Source: Octopus bimaculoides (lineage: Eukaryota). From it: a stretch of 64,000 bases of DNA. The position numbers were made by a program, and so were the translations under genes. The notes beneath the pieces were generated by a model. The model was not told the DNA's origin. It was given only the letters and a program-made list of their open reading frames with translations, and did not search any database. Shown one piece after another: positions 38,481 through 51,908 of the stretch. Position 1 is the stretch's first letter; each line of letters begins with the position of its first letter. The stretch lies in assembly GCF_001194135.2 (NCBI RefSeq), contig NC_068986.1:4283735-4347734 (forward strand), read 5' to 3'.

Positions 38481-39314
38481 CTTATTTTCTTGCCACTTTA
38501 TTTTGCCACATCACCATAACACCGTTTTTTTTGTTTTTGTTTCTATAAGGCTGATTGAATAAATTCTAGATATAGTTCTGTAATCTTAAGACCCATACAC
38601 ATAACCAGTTACATTAATACAATATGACAGTTGCTACTTGATCACTCAACCTGCTAGAAATAGCACCCAAATTTTCTAAAAGCATATTTTACTGCCTTAA
38701 AAAATATGAATGCGCATATTAAATTAGATTGTAGCAGGGGCCCAGGGGCTGAAAAGATCGAATGCCTTTGTTAATAGTTCTACATGATCAAGATCTCTAC
38801 AGGGTAAACAACAACAACAACAGTAGTTATTTTATTTCTCTGTTTTAAAATTAATTAGTTTTGAGAATTTAGATATGCTTTCAGAATTTTTGGATATATA
38901 TTGCTTTATAAAGATGGGTCTGTCTACTTAGCAGAGACAGACATATCTACCTAATATAGATGTGTATGGTTGTCTTGTATAGACAATATATCCGCCTTGA
39001 ATAGATGGATAGTCTTGTACATATAAATTTATCTTTTCAATGTTAGCTTCTCTCTTCTGAATTGAGGGAAGATATTTGTTAGACTTTGAATTCACCACGA
39101 TCATCGTTTTATCATTCACTTTTCCATGCTTGCATGGGTCTAACAGAGTTTATTAAAGCAGGATTTCTATGGCTAGATTTCCCTTCTTGTCACCAACTCT
39201 TATCTTTTTCCAAGCAAAGTAATATTTCCCTATGGCTACACATTCCTTTACAACATTCGCATAATGTCAAGACAAGAGGACCCAAATACCCACACGCTCA
39301 TGCATGCATGTATG

Positions 39315-39346
<32 letters not shown>

Positions 39347-39370
39347 TGTATATATATATATGTATATGTA

Positions 39371-40862
39371 TACTGAACTACAAAAAAGAACGTCACACTG
39401 TAAAAGATTATTTGTGTCACACACAATATTGAGATTATATGGATTTTATCACATTTCTAGGTAATTTGAGATCGGCAAGACCCACAATACCACTCTCTTT
39501 TGAAAACACAAGGATTGCATATGGGGTTTGAGCTCGCTCACTTTTCGTGAACATGGTAATGCTCGTGAATGCATCTTTATGAAAAGCATGATGCACGTGC
39601 AAAATGACTCATTGGATACAAAAGGCATCCAAATTTACCAACCTGTCGTTCATTTCCTGAAAGCAGCAAGCATGCCAAGAGTGACATGAAATCAGAAGGA
39701 GGAAGCCATCAGATGTCTCCATGCTGGTCAACATCCATGGGTCATTGCTAATGATTTGAACTGTAGTATTGAGACAATTGAGCAGCTGAGGGAATGATAC
39801 AATGCCAAACAGCCAGATGATCATCCACACAGTGGCCGACTGAGGGTTACAAGATTGCCACCTACACCGACAGCACTTGCAGGACCAATTCCAGAGGGCA
39901 ACGGAATCAGCTTAGAAGACCACAAGGACTCACCACAGACCCATTTGTGCCGAGACAGTTCACTGCCAGCTGAGATCTTTCAGTCTGCCTTGTCCACGTT
40001 GGGCTGGGGGCTCCATCCTCACAGATCATCATTAACAGGCACGTCTGCAGTGGGCTCAAAAACGTCAGAACTGGCGATATCAGCAATGGAGGACTGTAGT
40101 CTTCTCTGACAAAAGTCAATATTTAATTTCTGTAGCAGATGGCAGAGCTAGGGTTTGGAGAAGAAGGAGTGAACATCATGCCGCAGGCTGTGTGGTGGAG
40201 AGAGACTCATGGGAAGGACTCATGGTATGGGGCGGGATTGCACTCAACCAGAAATTTGGACTGGTGGTCTTCCAAAACATCAGCCAAAGCCAGGGCAGTG
40301 GAGTAACCAGTGCTTGCTACATCGACCAAGTGTGGAGGCCTCACATTGTGTCATAATTTTCCTGTCATCAGAATCACATGCTCCAACACAACAACACCCA
40401 TGCCCATACTGCCAGGTTGACAACAGACTTCCTCCAACAGCACAACATCCAGGCACTGCCGTGGCTTGCCCTATATCTGAACTTGAACCTCATGGAGCAA
40501 CTGTGAGATGAAATCCAAAGAAGGCCAACAACTGCAACACAACTCACTGCAAGTTTTAGCAGAGTATAGGCTGCTATCTCCATGGTCTTCATCAATCATT
40601 TGGTGCATTCAATGTACAGAAGATGCCTGGCAGTAATCAACACTAACAGTGGTCACACAAGATATTGAGTTTATCTCTTTGGATCCAGGTCACTCCGTCA
40701 TCACATGACACCATGTGACATCAAACATGTTTCAGGAAATGACATTTTATCATTAAGAAAGAACTGTTTCTTAATTAGCATTCTTCAATCAATGTTATGG
40801 CAGTCTATTAATAAATTGGTTTCTATTTAGTATGTGTGCAACATTTTTTTTGTGGCTCAGTT
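39371..40862 (+). mobile_element. Full-length decayed Tc1-family DNA transposon
   Basis: TA|TACTGAACTACAAAAAAGAACGTCAC and GTGCAACATTTTTTTTGTGGCTCAGTT|TA form the TIRs with a TA TSD. Confidence 0.9.
39672..40668 (+). pseudogene. Tc1 transposase pseudogene (stops and frameshifts)
   Basis: MPRVT..QKEEAIRCLHAG...HSGRLRVT; WRTVVFSDKS...DGRARVWRR; MVWGGI; HAHTAR; SMYRRCLAVINTNSGHTRY*. Confidence 0.9.
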
Positions 40863-42276
40863 TATATATGTGGACACACACACACATTGAAATATTCTTT
40901 CAGTTTCCATCTACCAAATCCACTCAAGGCTTTGATCAGCCTAGTGCTATAGTACAAGAAATTTGTGCAAGATGCCATGCAGTGGGACTGAACCCAAAGT
41001 TGGGAAGCAAACTTCTTAACCACACAATCATACTTGCACCTCTAATTCATTAATGATACTATTAATTAGTATTTGAAATGTAAAGTATATCTTTTAACAA
41101 ACCTACAATTTTAGCTTTGCTGTGAAAAGTAAATGTAGTGGGTTTTTAAAAATCTTTTTTTAAATCCTGAGCAAGGAGTTTAAGCAGGGCTCATGAGTCT
41201 TCTACAAGACCTCTGAGACTGGTGAGAAGAAAGTATTCTGAAACTGGAGACCTTGTCTAAATGCTTGCAACAGAGTAAATTAGCTAAAGTCACTGAGAGT
41301 ATTGTTAATTTGGGTGAAGAATTCATATTCTGTAGGATTTTATCCTTCAGTAGGCAAAAAAAAAAAAAAAGAAAAAAACTGGGATTTGTTTGATTATCTT
41401 CTAAGTCTTCTTAGTTTCATCTCAGAATATTCATATTTTGTTCTTAGAATGATAACTCAGTTATTTATGGGTCATACAAATCATGGCTTCACTAAATTGA
41501 CCGAAGTTGCATGATAATGGATGCACTGACAACCTGAGTGAATATTCATCATGTACTACATCTCACTTTTTAACGATTAATTATTCAGAAATGCTGTGTA
41601 GGCACCATAAATTAATAAATAGTAATGATTCTTCTAACCATATCATTATTTATCATATTTATTTCTCTGACAACATTGTTTAATGCTCATCAATTACCTC
41701 AGCATTTTTAGATAATTAATTATCTAAAAATATTGTACAATACACTATGATAAGAATTCTTCTAGCTATAACACTGCTTTACCATATCTACTTCTTTTTT
41801 GTTGATTGACTTTGTATATAAACTGAGCAGGTTTAAAACAGATTTCCTCATGGTCAGGATGTTGATCTCCTGTGGAGAGATCAAAAGTATCCTAGCAATG
41901 ATCAGCTAATTTGTTTTTTTTAGCTAAGCCTGTGCTGTTAACTGTGTCCTTCCCTATTTTGAGATGATAAAAATGTAATTTTAAGGACGAGGTGAGCTGA
42001 TGCAATTAACATTTATTGTGTGGTTGTATTCTGTTCCTCTGAGCACAAGTAATAACCTAAAAAGACAATACATTGGAGTAATTTCATATGTTCTCTACAA
42101 ATATATGCAACAAGAGTGAACTATATTTGTTTGTGTTACAGACCATATTTGACACCTTATAAGGCACTCCATTTTTTTCTTTTTTATGCTACCCAATATC
42201 CCAGAAAATCAGATGGCATCTTCTAAACATAAGATCATGGCTCAGGTACCACAGTGTCAAATAAAACAAACTTTAA

Positions 42277-42491
42277 TCCTTTAGCATTCAGATTACTCTG
42301 TCATACGTTATGCTTATTTATTCACATTTAAAAAAAAATTAATCATGCATCAAGATTTTCATAACTTCAAGATTTTGATTGTTATTTTTAGAATGACATT
42401 ATAGGGTAGGTCGAAAGGCTGGATCTGGCTGGTTTGAACATAAACAGGTAGAATATTTGGGCTGGATATGACTGGTTTAAATGTTAAAGGG
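42277..42491 (+). mobile_element. TTAA-flanked MITE family A
   Basis: TTAA|TCCTTTAGCATTC...AATGTTAAAGGG|TTAA. Confidence 0.85.
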
Positions 42492-43164
42492 TTAAATATC
42501 TCTTTTATAGAACTGTTTCCTTGAGTTTATAGTATTTTCTAAGATAGCAATATATATTCACTATACTTGCTTCATATAAGTATATATGTATATAGACACA
42601 CACATCCACACACATTCATACATATGCATGTATGTGTGTGTATGTTTGTATATGTCTGTGGTGTGTATAAAATAGATGTCAAAGTGATATAAAAGCCAAT
42701 AACTAATGTTTTCAATTAATTTCCCATGACCATCATCACCCCCTCTCTATACATTTCTTCAGATGTTTCTGATATAACATTACAATGTTATTTCCATGAC
42801 CACAGAGTGCCCCTTGCATGCTAGAACTTTCAACGTAATTGTCATGCGAATTAATAATTATGTTTATCCATATAATGGGTGCATAAAATTAACATAACCA
42901 AAAATAAAAGTCAAACACTACTTTTTAAAATAATTATTTCTTGTAGTCTAACATTCTAGAGGCTTCTAATGTACTGTTTAACTAGAAACTTTATTTAGGA
43001 TTTGTAACTTGATATTTCTGTATACACATATGTCAAAATCTATGATATTAAATTAATTTCTAATATGCACAGCTTGAAGCATGTTGCTTACTGAACTCAT
43101 TTGTATAGCCTTTATTAAATGACTTTAGTATTAAGACATTTTTTCAACATCAGCTTATTCAAAC

Positions 43165-43660
<496 letters not shown>

Positions 43661-43664
43661 GACT

Positions 43665-44002
43665 ATGGCACCTGTGCCCAGCATCACCTTTCTGGCACTT
43701 GTGCCTGCAGCGTGTATAAGGACTTTCAAGCGAGATCGTTGCCAGTGCCCCTGGACTGGCTCTTGTGCGAGTGGCACATAAAATACACCATTTTGAGCGT
43801 GGCAGTTGCCAATATCGCCTGACTGGCCTTTATGCCGGTGACACTCTCGGAGTGGTTGGCATTAGGATAGGCATCCAGCCGTAGAAACTCTGCCAAATCA
43901 GATTGGAACCTGGTGTTGCCTTCGGTTTCCACCAGTCCTCAGTCAAATCGGCCAACCCATGCTAGCATGGAAAGCAGACGTTAAACGATGATGATGATGA
44001 TG

Positions 44003-44004
<2 letters not shown>
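43665..44004 (+). mobile_element. RTE 3' UTR fragment
   Basis: Near-identical to the 10183 and 44955 copies, with a (GAT)n tail. Confidence 0.85.
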
Positions 44005-44046
<42 letters not shown>

Positions 44047-44954
44047 AAAATATTAGTGCCAAGCACAGGGTTTAGGCATAAACAAAGTTTAGGTTAGTTA
44101 AAATATGTTTGTGACATATTTCAACTTCAACTGCTGAAAGACAAATTCACTTCAGTTATCATAGAGAACATTTTCTCTTATGGTAAAAAAATGTTAAAAC
44201 ACACTATCTGCCCAGTGTTGCCACCGTGACATATTTTAACTAACCTAAACTTTGCATATATATATAGATACACACACACACACACAGACACATACACAGA
44301 TACACACACACATACATGTACACACCACACACTCTTGTATAATTTCATATTAAATAGTTTAAAAAATGGATTTTGATTACTTACAATGTTTTCAACATCA
44401 GAAATAACCACAATTTGCAGTGCGGATATTGAGTTCCTTATCATTAAGTCAAGTGTTCAATTCCTGGATTGGGTGATGCTTTGTGTCCTTGAACAAGGAA
44501 CATATTTTTTATGCTGCTCCCAGCTGAAAATGATTACAAGTGCTTGCATGACCCATTTTCCTTCCATTTGTCACTGCTTTGATGTTTTGCTGAGTTAAGA
44601 GTTAAAATGGGCTAAGAGGAGCTTATGACTGCTTGCAACTACATAGGAACCTAAAACAATTTGTGAAAGTATGTAAATTCCATCATGCTGCTTGCTTGCA
44701 TATGGTGGTTATAGTTCTTTTTATTGCTAAATATTGTGGCTAAGGAAAATAGAGGTTTGTTAGCACTGTCGTTTGGTTGAACAAGGAAAGGAGACAACTC
44801 TGAATGTTTCTGCATTATTTGGCTCCATTAGCAGCAGCAACTGCCTGCTTGCTGGCACTAGTACTATCTAGCTTACTCTATAGAAGGTTTGTGAAAGTTA
44901 CATTGCACAGCAATAAAAAATGAGATTAATATTTTGAACCTTGGCAGGTGTAAA

Positions 44955-45265
44955 GACATTCGAGCGAGATCGTTGCCAGTGCCGCCGAACTGGCTCCTGT
45001 GCAGGTGGCACGTAAAATACACCATTTTGAGCGTGGCTGTTGCCAGTACCACCTGACTGGCCTTCGTGCCGGTGGCACGTAAAAGCACCCACTACACTCT
45101 CGGAGTGGTTGGCGTTAGGAAGGGCATCCAGCTGTAGAAACTCTGCCAAATCAGATTGGAACCTAGTGTAGCCATCTGGTTTCGCCAGTCCTCAATCAAA
45201 TCGTCCAACCCATGCTAGCATGGAAAGCAGACGTTAAATGACGATGATGATGATGATGATGATGA
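44955..45265 (+). mobile_element. RTE 3' UTR fragment (young)
   Basis: As above, with CpGs retained and a (GAT)n tail. Confidence 0.85.
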
Positions 45266-45489
45266 TTTTGATAGTTGATCAATATTTTCTTTTGTTTTTA
45301 TCCTTATTTTGCTCTAGCTGCCATAGCTAATTTTTTTATTAGCAATTAATAACCTGATCTGAATAATGTGTGCATATGGATTTAATTTCTTTCTTGCTTT
45401 TTTTTTTTTTTTTTTTTTTGTGGTGGTGGGGAGGGTTCCTCAATATGCTTTAAGGACATCATTTATTTGTTGGGTCATTGCTGGTCATC

Positions 45490-45965
45490 CCTATACTGGT
45501 GAAATTGATACCATTAGTGTTTCTCTCAAACTCTTGTATATTGACACCTGCTGGGAAAATATGAGCTGGGAAGAAATTCCAGTGCATTGATGTTCTGGGC
45601 ATGGTGGTTCATAGAAGATGAAGTTGGGGGTTGGACACAACAAGAATGATGGGAAGAGGAGAGACAAGTGAGACAGGAATGTCTGAGTGGAGTTGGTATG
45701 AGCCCAGCCAGCCCCTTAAGAACAAAATTCATTACTGTGACACTAGGTATAAAAAAACCCCACAAAAAAAAAAGAGGAGACAGCATTCTTGTAGGCCAAA
45801 GGGTGGAGCATGTCTGTGAGTGACTTGATGCCAGTCAGCTAGGTGGCTCTTTCTGGGTACACTCTAGTTTGTTTGTGTGTACACCAGCAGCACCATTTCA
45901 GATGTTAGAGTAACTCTCTATTGCAGGTCTCATTGTAGGTCTTATTGCTGTAAATTGCACTGATA
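45490..45965 (-). mobile_element. CR1/L2/Jockey-group LINE 3' remnant
   Basis: The minus strand reads RPAIESYSNI...LECTQKRAT...LHPLA...GLAGLIP...FPS, the C-terminal pattern that follows the RT domain. The clade is not resolved. Confidence 0.6.
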
Positions 45966-47530
45966 TCATGAGAAGTTCAGCTATGATATACACATACATT
46001 CTGGACTACAATACTATCTGACAATTAACAACCTTTACTCTCTTGCCTGTTCTTACTGTTACTTGTATGGTCTCTCCCCCCTCCCCCCCTCCATCCATCC
46101 ATCCTATAAAATTGACTCTTGCAACTTCTTCCTGAGTCTGTTCGTTTCACAAAGTACTATTTTTTTCCTGTCATATTTGCTATGCTTTTCATCCAAAATT
46201 CTACATTAAACATGCTTCCTAATGTTCTTACTCTAAGACTTTAACCCCTTTGAACTACCCACTACCACTACCACTACCATGACCACCACATTGTTTTCTT
46301 CTCAGTGACTTACTTTCAAGAGTTCAGAACATTGATTACCCATTTACTCCAGTGTGCGTTGTTCTTCATAAAAACACTGAAACCATTGCTCCTAAATAAT
46401 TCATAATTGAGTTTGACTAGTCGTATATAAGCATAAGACTATTAAGTTATTAAAGCACATTAATTTCCTTTGTCATATGGCATCAGTGAAAAATTGATAC
46501 TAATTAATCTCAACTAATTTGTAATTATTTTATTTACATTGTTATTACCAAACATAATTGCTCTAATTATTTCTGGAAAAGCTCTAAATTAGCAGAACGA
46601 ACCCAGTGTGGATAAAAAAATAGTCTAAAATATTGTGTTAATGTAACTCTACCACTCACAGACTCATTCAAACCTACAGCAGTGCTGTCTCTTCTGTTTG
46701 CCTTTTTGAAGCTGGCTTGGCTCATGCCATCTTCACACAAGCATTTCCTAACCCATTTGTCACTCTTCCCAACACTTTTATTTTGTTTAATCCTCCAAGC
46801 CAAACGCCCCCTTTTGACCCTTGGAGTCACAAATGGACCCCTACAAAATATTTTACTTTTCAAAATACTACTTATTTTGGTATCAGCAGATAATGATTAA
46901 AACATAAAGGATGTCGTTTTACATATGCACTTGTACGCAATCGGGAGTGCAAATGTAAAAATTGAAATGCAAAAAAAAAAAACAAAAAAAAAACGAAATA
47001 GTAAATGGTCTTATGAATGAAAGTTTGGTAATTGCGTTTATTTCCACCAAGTGATACTTATTAAATCAACGTGTTGTCTATCAAAGGAGTGCTCTTTGGC
47101 ACAAGTAAATGTCAATGAAATCATTTCAAGCCTTTCCAATTTCCCTTATCAAAATCGCTAGAACTTGTGCAACAATCAGACATATAAGTTATTGCCACCT
47201 GGAAAGAGGATTTTTTATGCTCAAGAAAGAGAGCGTATTTGATAGGAATTGTTGAAATACGTATTTACTTCAGATGAGTAGCAAATTGTGGCAGATGGTA
47301 TTCACTGTACTTGGAACATGTTAGTTTGAGTCACAAAATCAGCCCTCTATTAAAATGAAGTAAAAAAATCTGAAAATTTGTCATATTAAACATTCATTTC
47401 TTATTCATTTAAACCAAAATATTTATTGAGAAAAAGTCTGATGAAAAAGTTGCAAACATTTAAAAACTATCTATTTTTAGCCAATAATGAACTTTCACTG
47501 TAGTGAACAGTGTCAACTTTAAGGTTGAAC

Positions 47531-47596
47531 CTGTGTAATGTTGTACGCTGTGTAATGTTGTACCCTGTGTAAGCTTGTACCCTGTGTTACTTGTTC
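47531..47596. repeat. 17-bp tandem repeat, about 4 units
   Basis: CTGTGTAATGTTGTAC(G/C) units. Confidence 0.85.
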
Positions 47597-47934
47597 ATTG
47601 TAGGTTTCTAAATAAAGATAAATACCTTATAAAGTCATGTTTATATTTGTTTCTTTGTTATATTAATGTATTTATCTGTATGTGTTTGGGTAAAATTTTA
47701 CAAGTGCACCCACATTAGTAACTGTTTGCGATAATGGTGGGTCCTTTATGGCAAATAGCTGTTACGTGGTAGCAGGGCGTGTTAGAAATAGCAGCCAAAT
47801 CTTTCCTTTTCTGGGTTCCGGGAAACTTTGAGCCCCCCCCCCCTTCTTTTCCGAAAAAAAAGTGGCTTGTGGCAGGTTTGGCAGTCAGATCCATTGAATG
47901 CATGTGAAAAATTCAAGGTTTTTCGTTTTTTATT

Positions 47935-48115
47935 CCTGTCCTTACTGACAAACATTCATTACGTCCATTGTCAGTACAAATTCCCCTGAACCCCTTTCTT
48001 AGTCATATTGTGCCTAGATTTACTACACTTTTTTTTTTTAGGGATAACACCCTTTTCTTCAAAATAATATGCAGCATCCACCTCTGTTTTCAATATCTCC
48101 TTCAGACTAGTACAG
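47935..48115 (-). pseudogene. Probable Merlin/IS1595-like transposase N-terminal zinc-ribbon remnant
   Basis: SLKEILKTEVDAAYYFEEKGVIPKKKKCSKSRHNMTKK, then after a frameshift GFRGICTDNGRNECLSVRTG. This resembles E..A..F...G.I....C..C...M...WRC...C...S.R.G. Confidence 0.5.
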
Positions 48116-48406
48116 TTAAATGGCTTGGATGCAACCAACAAGCAAAAGTAAACAAACACAGAAAAACTTTACAAAAGGCAAAAAAAAATTATAAAAACAC
48201 AGAAAAACTTCCCGAAATATATGTAAAATACTATGAAAATTCACGAAAAATGCCTAAAATAAAATTCTAATTGGTGTAAGCACAGGTAGTGTACGTTTTA
48301 TGAAGTTTTCACAAAAATAACAAAATCGAAACACGTACAGAGAGACTGCGTGCAGATGAGAAGATTCAGTACAGCGAAGCAAAATTGTACACTTAAGTTG
48401 TCATAT

Positions 48407-48420
48407 GTTGCTATGGTAAC
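48407..48420. promoter_or_regulatory. RFX X-box-like motif with a CCAAT box (ATTGG at 48448-48452)
   Basis: GTTGCTATGGTAAC. It may belong to a repeat rather than a promoter. Confidence 0.3.
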
Positions 48421-49345
48421 TAGCTGTTAATCCCTTGCTGTCTGTTGATTGGTTAAAATTACACAAATTTTCCTACTTTAATTCCAAATAACATCAGATT
48501 CTTTAATTTACAAGATAAAGTAACTGATTGAGTGTAATCAAAATTCTAAACTCCATCTATAGCCCAAATTTGAAAACAATCTGAGCAAAATTAAAGGGGG
48601 CTGATTTTGTGACTCAGACTAACTAGATTCAACTTAACATGTAATCTGGTGTATGGCTGTTGGGTACAAAACCTAAAACAAATGTGTGCATGTGTGTGTG
48701 GTTGGGCCTTTAAAAGCCAGGGGTCAATTTAAGTTCAATTGCAGAAAGGCATTCAAGACGGCAACACACACAATCATATACATATATACCCATACATACA
48801 CACACATACACAAACATACTTATCTGCCATTCCCGAAAGCTAGTTTCAGCCAAAATTCTGACCACCATTCTTTATATATTTGCACACGTACACACACATT
48901 CAGCTTTTTGCTTTTATTCAATGCTTTGTTTTTCTTTTAGTCGTCTGTCACTCTTCATCCATTTTTAGTTTTTGTTCTTGTTTTTGGGGTTTCTCTTTAA
49001 CGACACCAGTTACATATGGTACCAGGAATTTGCTTGGTGTTTCCAAAGTGGAAAAAGTGTTTTTTAAGTTTTTGAAAATTCAAAACAAAAAGGCATGTTT
49101 TTTTTTTTTTTAAACTGTTTGTAGCAGAGATGTGAAAATATGGCTACTACTCATTAATTTTAAATTAAACTTATCAAATTTGAAGGTCTTCCTGCTTCCC
49201 CCCTCCAATCTCTTAAGGCGCCCACTCCTATCACCTCTTTGCTCTAATATGCCCCCCCCCCCCTTGAGCTCCAAATGGCCCCCGTTAAGAACCTTTGCTC
49301 CAAGCCATGCACTAATCACTACTATGTTCAGTTCTTCCTTTCTAG

Positions 49346-49517
49346 AATATTAATATTGACTCTGTGGAGTTTCCTCTTTGCTCATGCCTTTCCCGCAGAG
49401 GTTCACTTACAAAAGCTTCAGGAGAATCATTAATGGCATCAATCTCCCCAGTCAGTCAGGAGGATGCAAAGCCATGGGCACTGTTCCTTTCTTCAGACTT
49501 AGCAAATGAAAAAGATT
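49346..49517 (+). CDS. Candidate internal exon (172 nt, phase 0-1), product unknown
   Basis: Acceptor GTTCAGTTCTTCCTTTCTAG and donor ATT|GTATGT. Frame NINIDSVEFPLCSCLSRRGSLTKASGESLMASISPVSQEDAKPWALFLSSDLANEKD. GC is higher than in the flanks. Confidence 0.45.
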
Positions 49518-50050
49518 GTATGTTCTGTAATTCTGAAGATATTCATTTATGTGCCCTTCTTTTGTAATGACCATTTTTTTTTTATATAATAAAAAGAATC
49601 TTAATTAGTAAATTCTAATGTGGTTTTCCCTTTCCTTTACTAAGCATTTTTGCTTGGCACCAGTTTGTTATCCCTATAAACCTAATTCTACCCACCTGAG
49701 CTCTAGTTTAAACAATTTGCTACAATATTCAGTTAGCTCTCTCAACCAAATTAGATTTCATTCTTGGTTTCACATTATCTGAAGAACAGCAAATTAGGTG
49801 CTTCATCTCTTCTTGTGTTTGCAAAAATTAAATTCACTTGTTGACGTCTCTTTGATAGCAATGCTTTCAGCAACTAGTTGCTATGAGTGTTAAAAATGGT
49901 ACAGAATTCCTACTTAATATTTTTCTATACTCTTTCATGCTGCACTGTAAATTACTTAACACATCAACCTGTTTCTCCCTGATATTAGTATTATGATCAA
50001 CTTTGCTATCACTGTATCATAAGAAATACTCTTCTAGTGTTCATACATTA

Positions 50051-50720
50051 TCATCATCATTTTACTTCCATTTTTCCATTCTTGCATGGATTGTAGTGGT
50101 CTTCTTTAGCACAGTGACTTACCACTCATTCATAGTTTCCTAATCTTTTCTGAGATTCAGCTTCATATCTTCATCATCTCTTCTTGTGTATTCTGCAGGT
50201 CACTTTTTATTTGATTTGCTTAGAATTAATTTCTTCACCTGAGTGTTACTCTCAGTACATATCACATGTCCATACCAGTTCAGTACTCTCTAGCACTTTA
50301 CATCTGATGCCTTTTGTACTCAGTTTTTCTCTCAATCAATTTCCCCTCTGTTGTTTCTATGCACTAACATTATTACATCTCAGCAGAACATACTTGCCTC
50401 ATTTCTCCCCAACCTTTGTACATTTTCTGTATTCAGTGCCCATGCTTTGCTATGATATGATGTCATACTTTGTGCACAAACATACAATCAACCCTTCACT
50501 TGAAGAGGGAATTTCTTTCTTGTCAATAGATGCAATATCTCTCTATAGTAATAGTTTACTCCTTGCTTCTCCAGCAAAGCAAACTATAGAGAGTCAGTAA
50601 CTCTCCTTTTTTATGCCTCAACATAGTCACAATTCCATATGTTGCTTTGTGAAGTGCCATGTCCATCAGTTATCAGACAACATTTATTATCCCCAAGAGG
50701 AACCATCACCTGCCATGAAA
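50051..50720 (-). mobile_element. Old RTE LINE remnant
   Basis: Alignable by eye to 57680-58050, with a (CAT)n tail at 50051. Confidence 0.6.
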
Positions 50721-50817
50721 GATGGAGATGGGTAGAGTATTGTGATGAACTGATTCTGAACAAGCTTGACTGACTTGATGATGATTGTATATTACAATAT
50801 TAGTGTATAGCAGTGTG

Positions 50818-51210
50818 TGTAGGTGCAGGAATAGCTGTGTGGTTGAACCATCTAGTTTCAGGTTCAGTCCTACTGTGAGGCACCATGGAAAAGTGCCTTC
50901 TACTATAGCCCTCAAGTTGAATAAATAAATCCATGTAAATATATTTGGAGGGCAGAAACTGAAAGAAGCTTGTTGTGTATATATATATGCTTGCATGCGA
51001 GTGAATGTGTTTGTTTCTGTCTCCTTGCTTTAACATTGAAGCAGTGTCATTCATTTCCAGTATTCTGTATAAATATGTCTAGCCATGGGGAGATATGACC
51101 TTGCTTGGAAACACACGAGGGTTAGCAATGAGAAAGGTATGTGACAGTGGAAAATCTGCCTCAGTAAACTCCAACCATGCAAGGATGAAAAACTGAACAT
51201 TAAAATAATT
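50818..51210 (+). mobile_element. SINE family A, RTE-tailed variant
   Basis: Head, body homologous to 43165-43400 (opposite strand) and tail CCAACCATGCAAGGATGAAAAACTGAACATTAAA. Confidence 0.7.
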
Positions 51211-51586
51211 GGGACTTGTGGCAATTTACTGTACTTGAGAAAACACATCAAGCTAAGTAAAATCACAGCCATCCATATATACAGACATGTCTTTTATGGA
51301 CATGCCCCACCCCACTCCCTCTCTCAGCTGAGAAACCTTTGTCTTGCAGGTGCTGGTGCCATGTAAAATGCGCTCTTGCTAGTGCCATGTACAATTCATC
51401 CATGCCAGTGGCACGTAAAAAGAACCCAGCACACTCTGTAAAGTGGTTGGTGTTAGAAAGGGCATCCAACTATAGAAACCATGCCAAAATAGACAATTGA
51501 AGTCTGAACAACTCTCTGGCTGGCCAGCTTCTGTCAAACTGTCCAACCCATGCCAGCATGGAAAACGGACGTTAAATGATGATGAT
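51210..51586 (+). mobile_element. RTE LINE 3' end
   Basis: CTTGAGAAAACACATCAAGC, UTR modules and GGACGTTAAATGATGATGAT. Confidence 0.85.
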
Positions 51587-51870
51587 ACATACACAAGTAA
51601 GCTCATAAATGCAAAACAAGGTGGAAGAAATAGTACTTGAATCCCAAAGTTAGGGAAATATGCTTTTTATTAGAGCTGAAAAGATCTTCACAAACTGTTA
51701 TTCCTAGCTTCACATTGCCATTTGTTGGACAGATGTAATCATACAGTATCATCATCATCATCATCATCGATTCTAAAAATTATGTAAATATATATGTGTG
51801 TATGGCGGTGCCCCAGCATGGCCACAGCTCATGAGCTGAAACTAGATAAAATGATAAAAATGATAAAATG

Positions 51871-51908
<38 letters not shown>

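Larger units (their letters stand above)
39113..41040 (-). mobile_element. SINE family A (RTE-tailed variant) split by the Tc1 insertion
   Basis: Tail and body at 39113-39300, microsatellite, Tc1, then head at 40880-41040. Confidence 0.7.

Noticed and set aside
38108-38548. 146-aa Leu/Ser/Pro-rich ORF and its Arg/Glu-rich antisense ORF
   Set aside because: They are translations of the CT-rich low-complexity tract.
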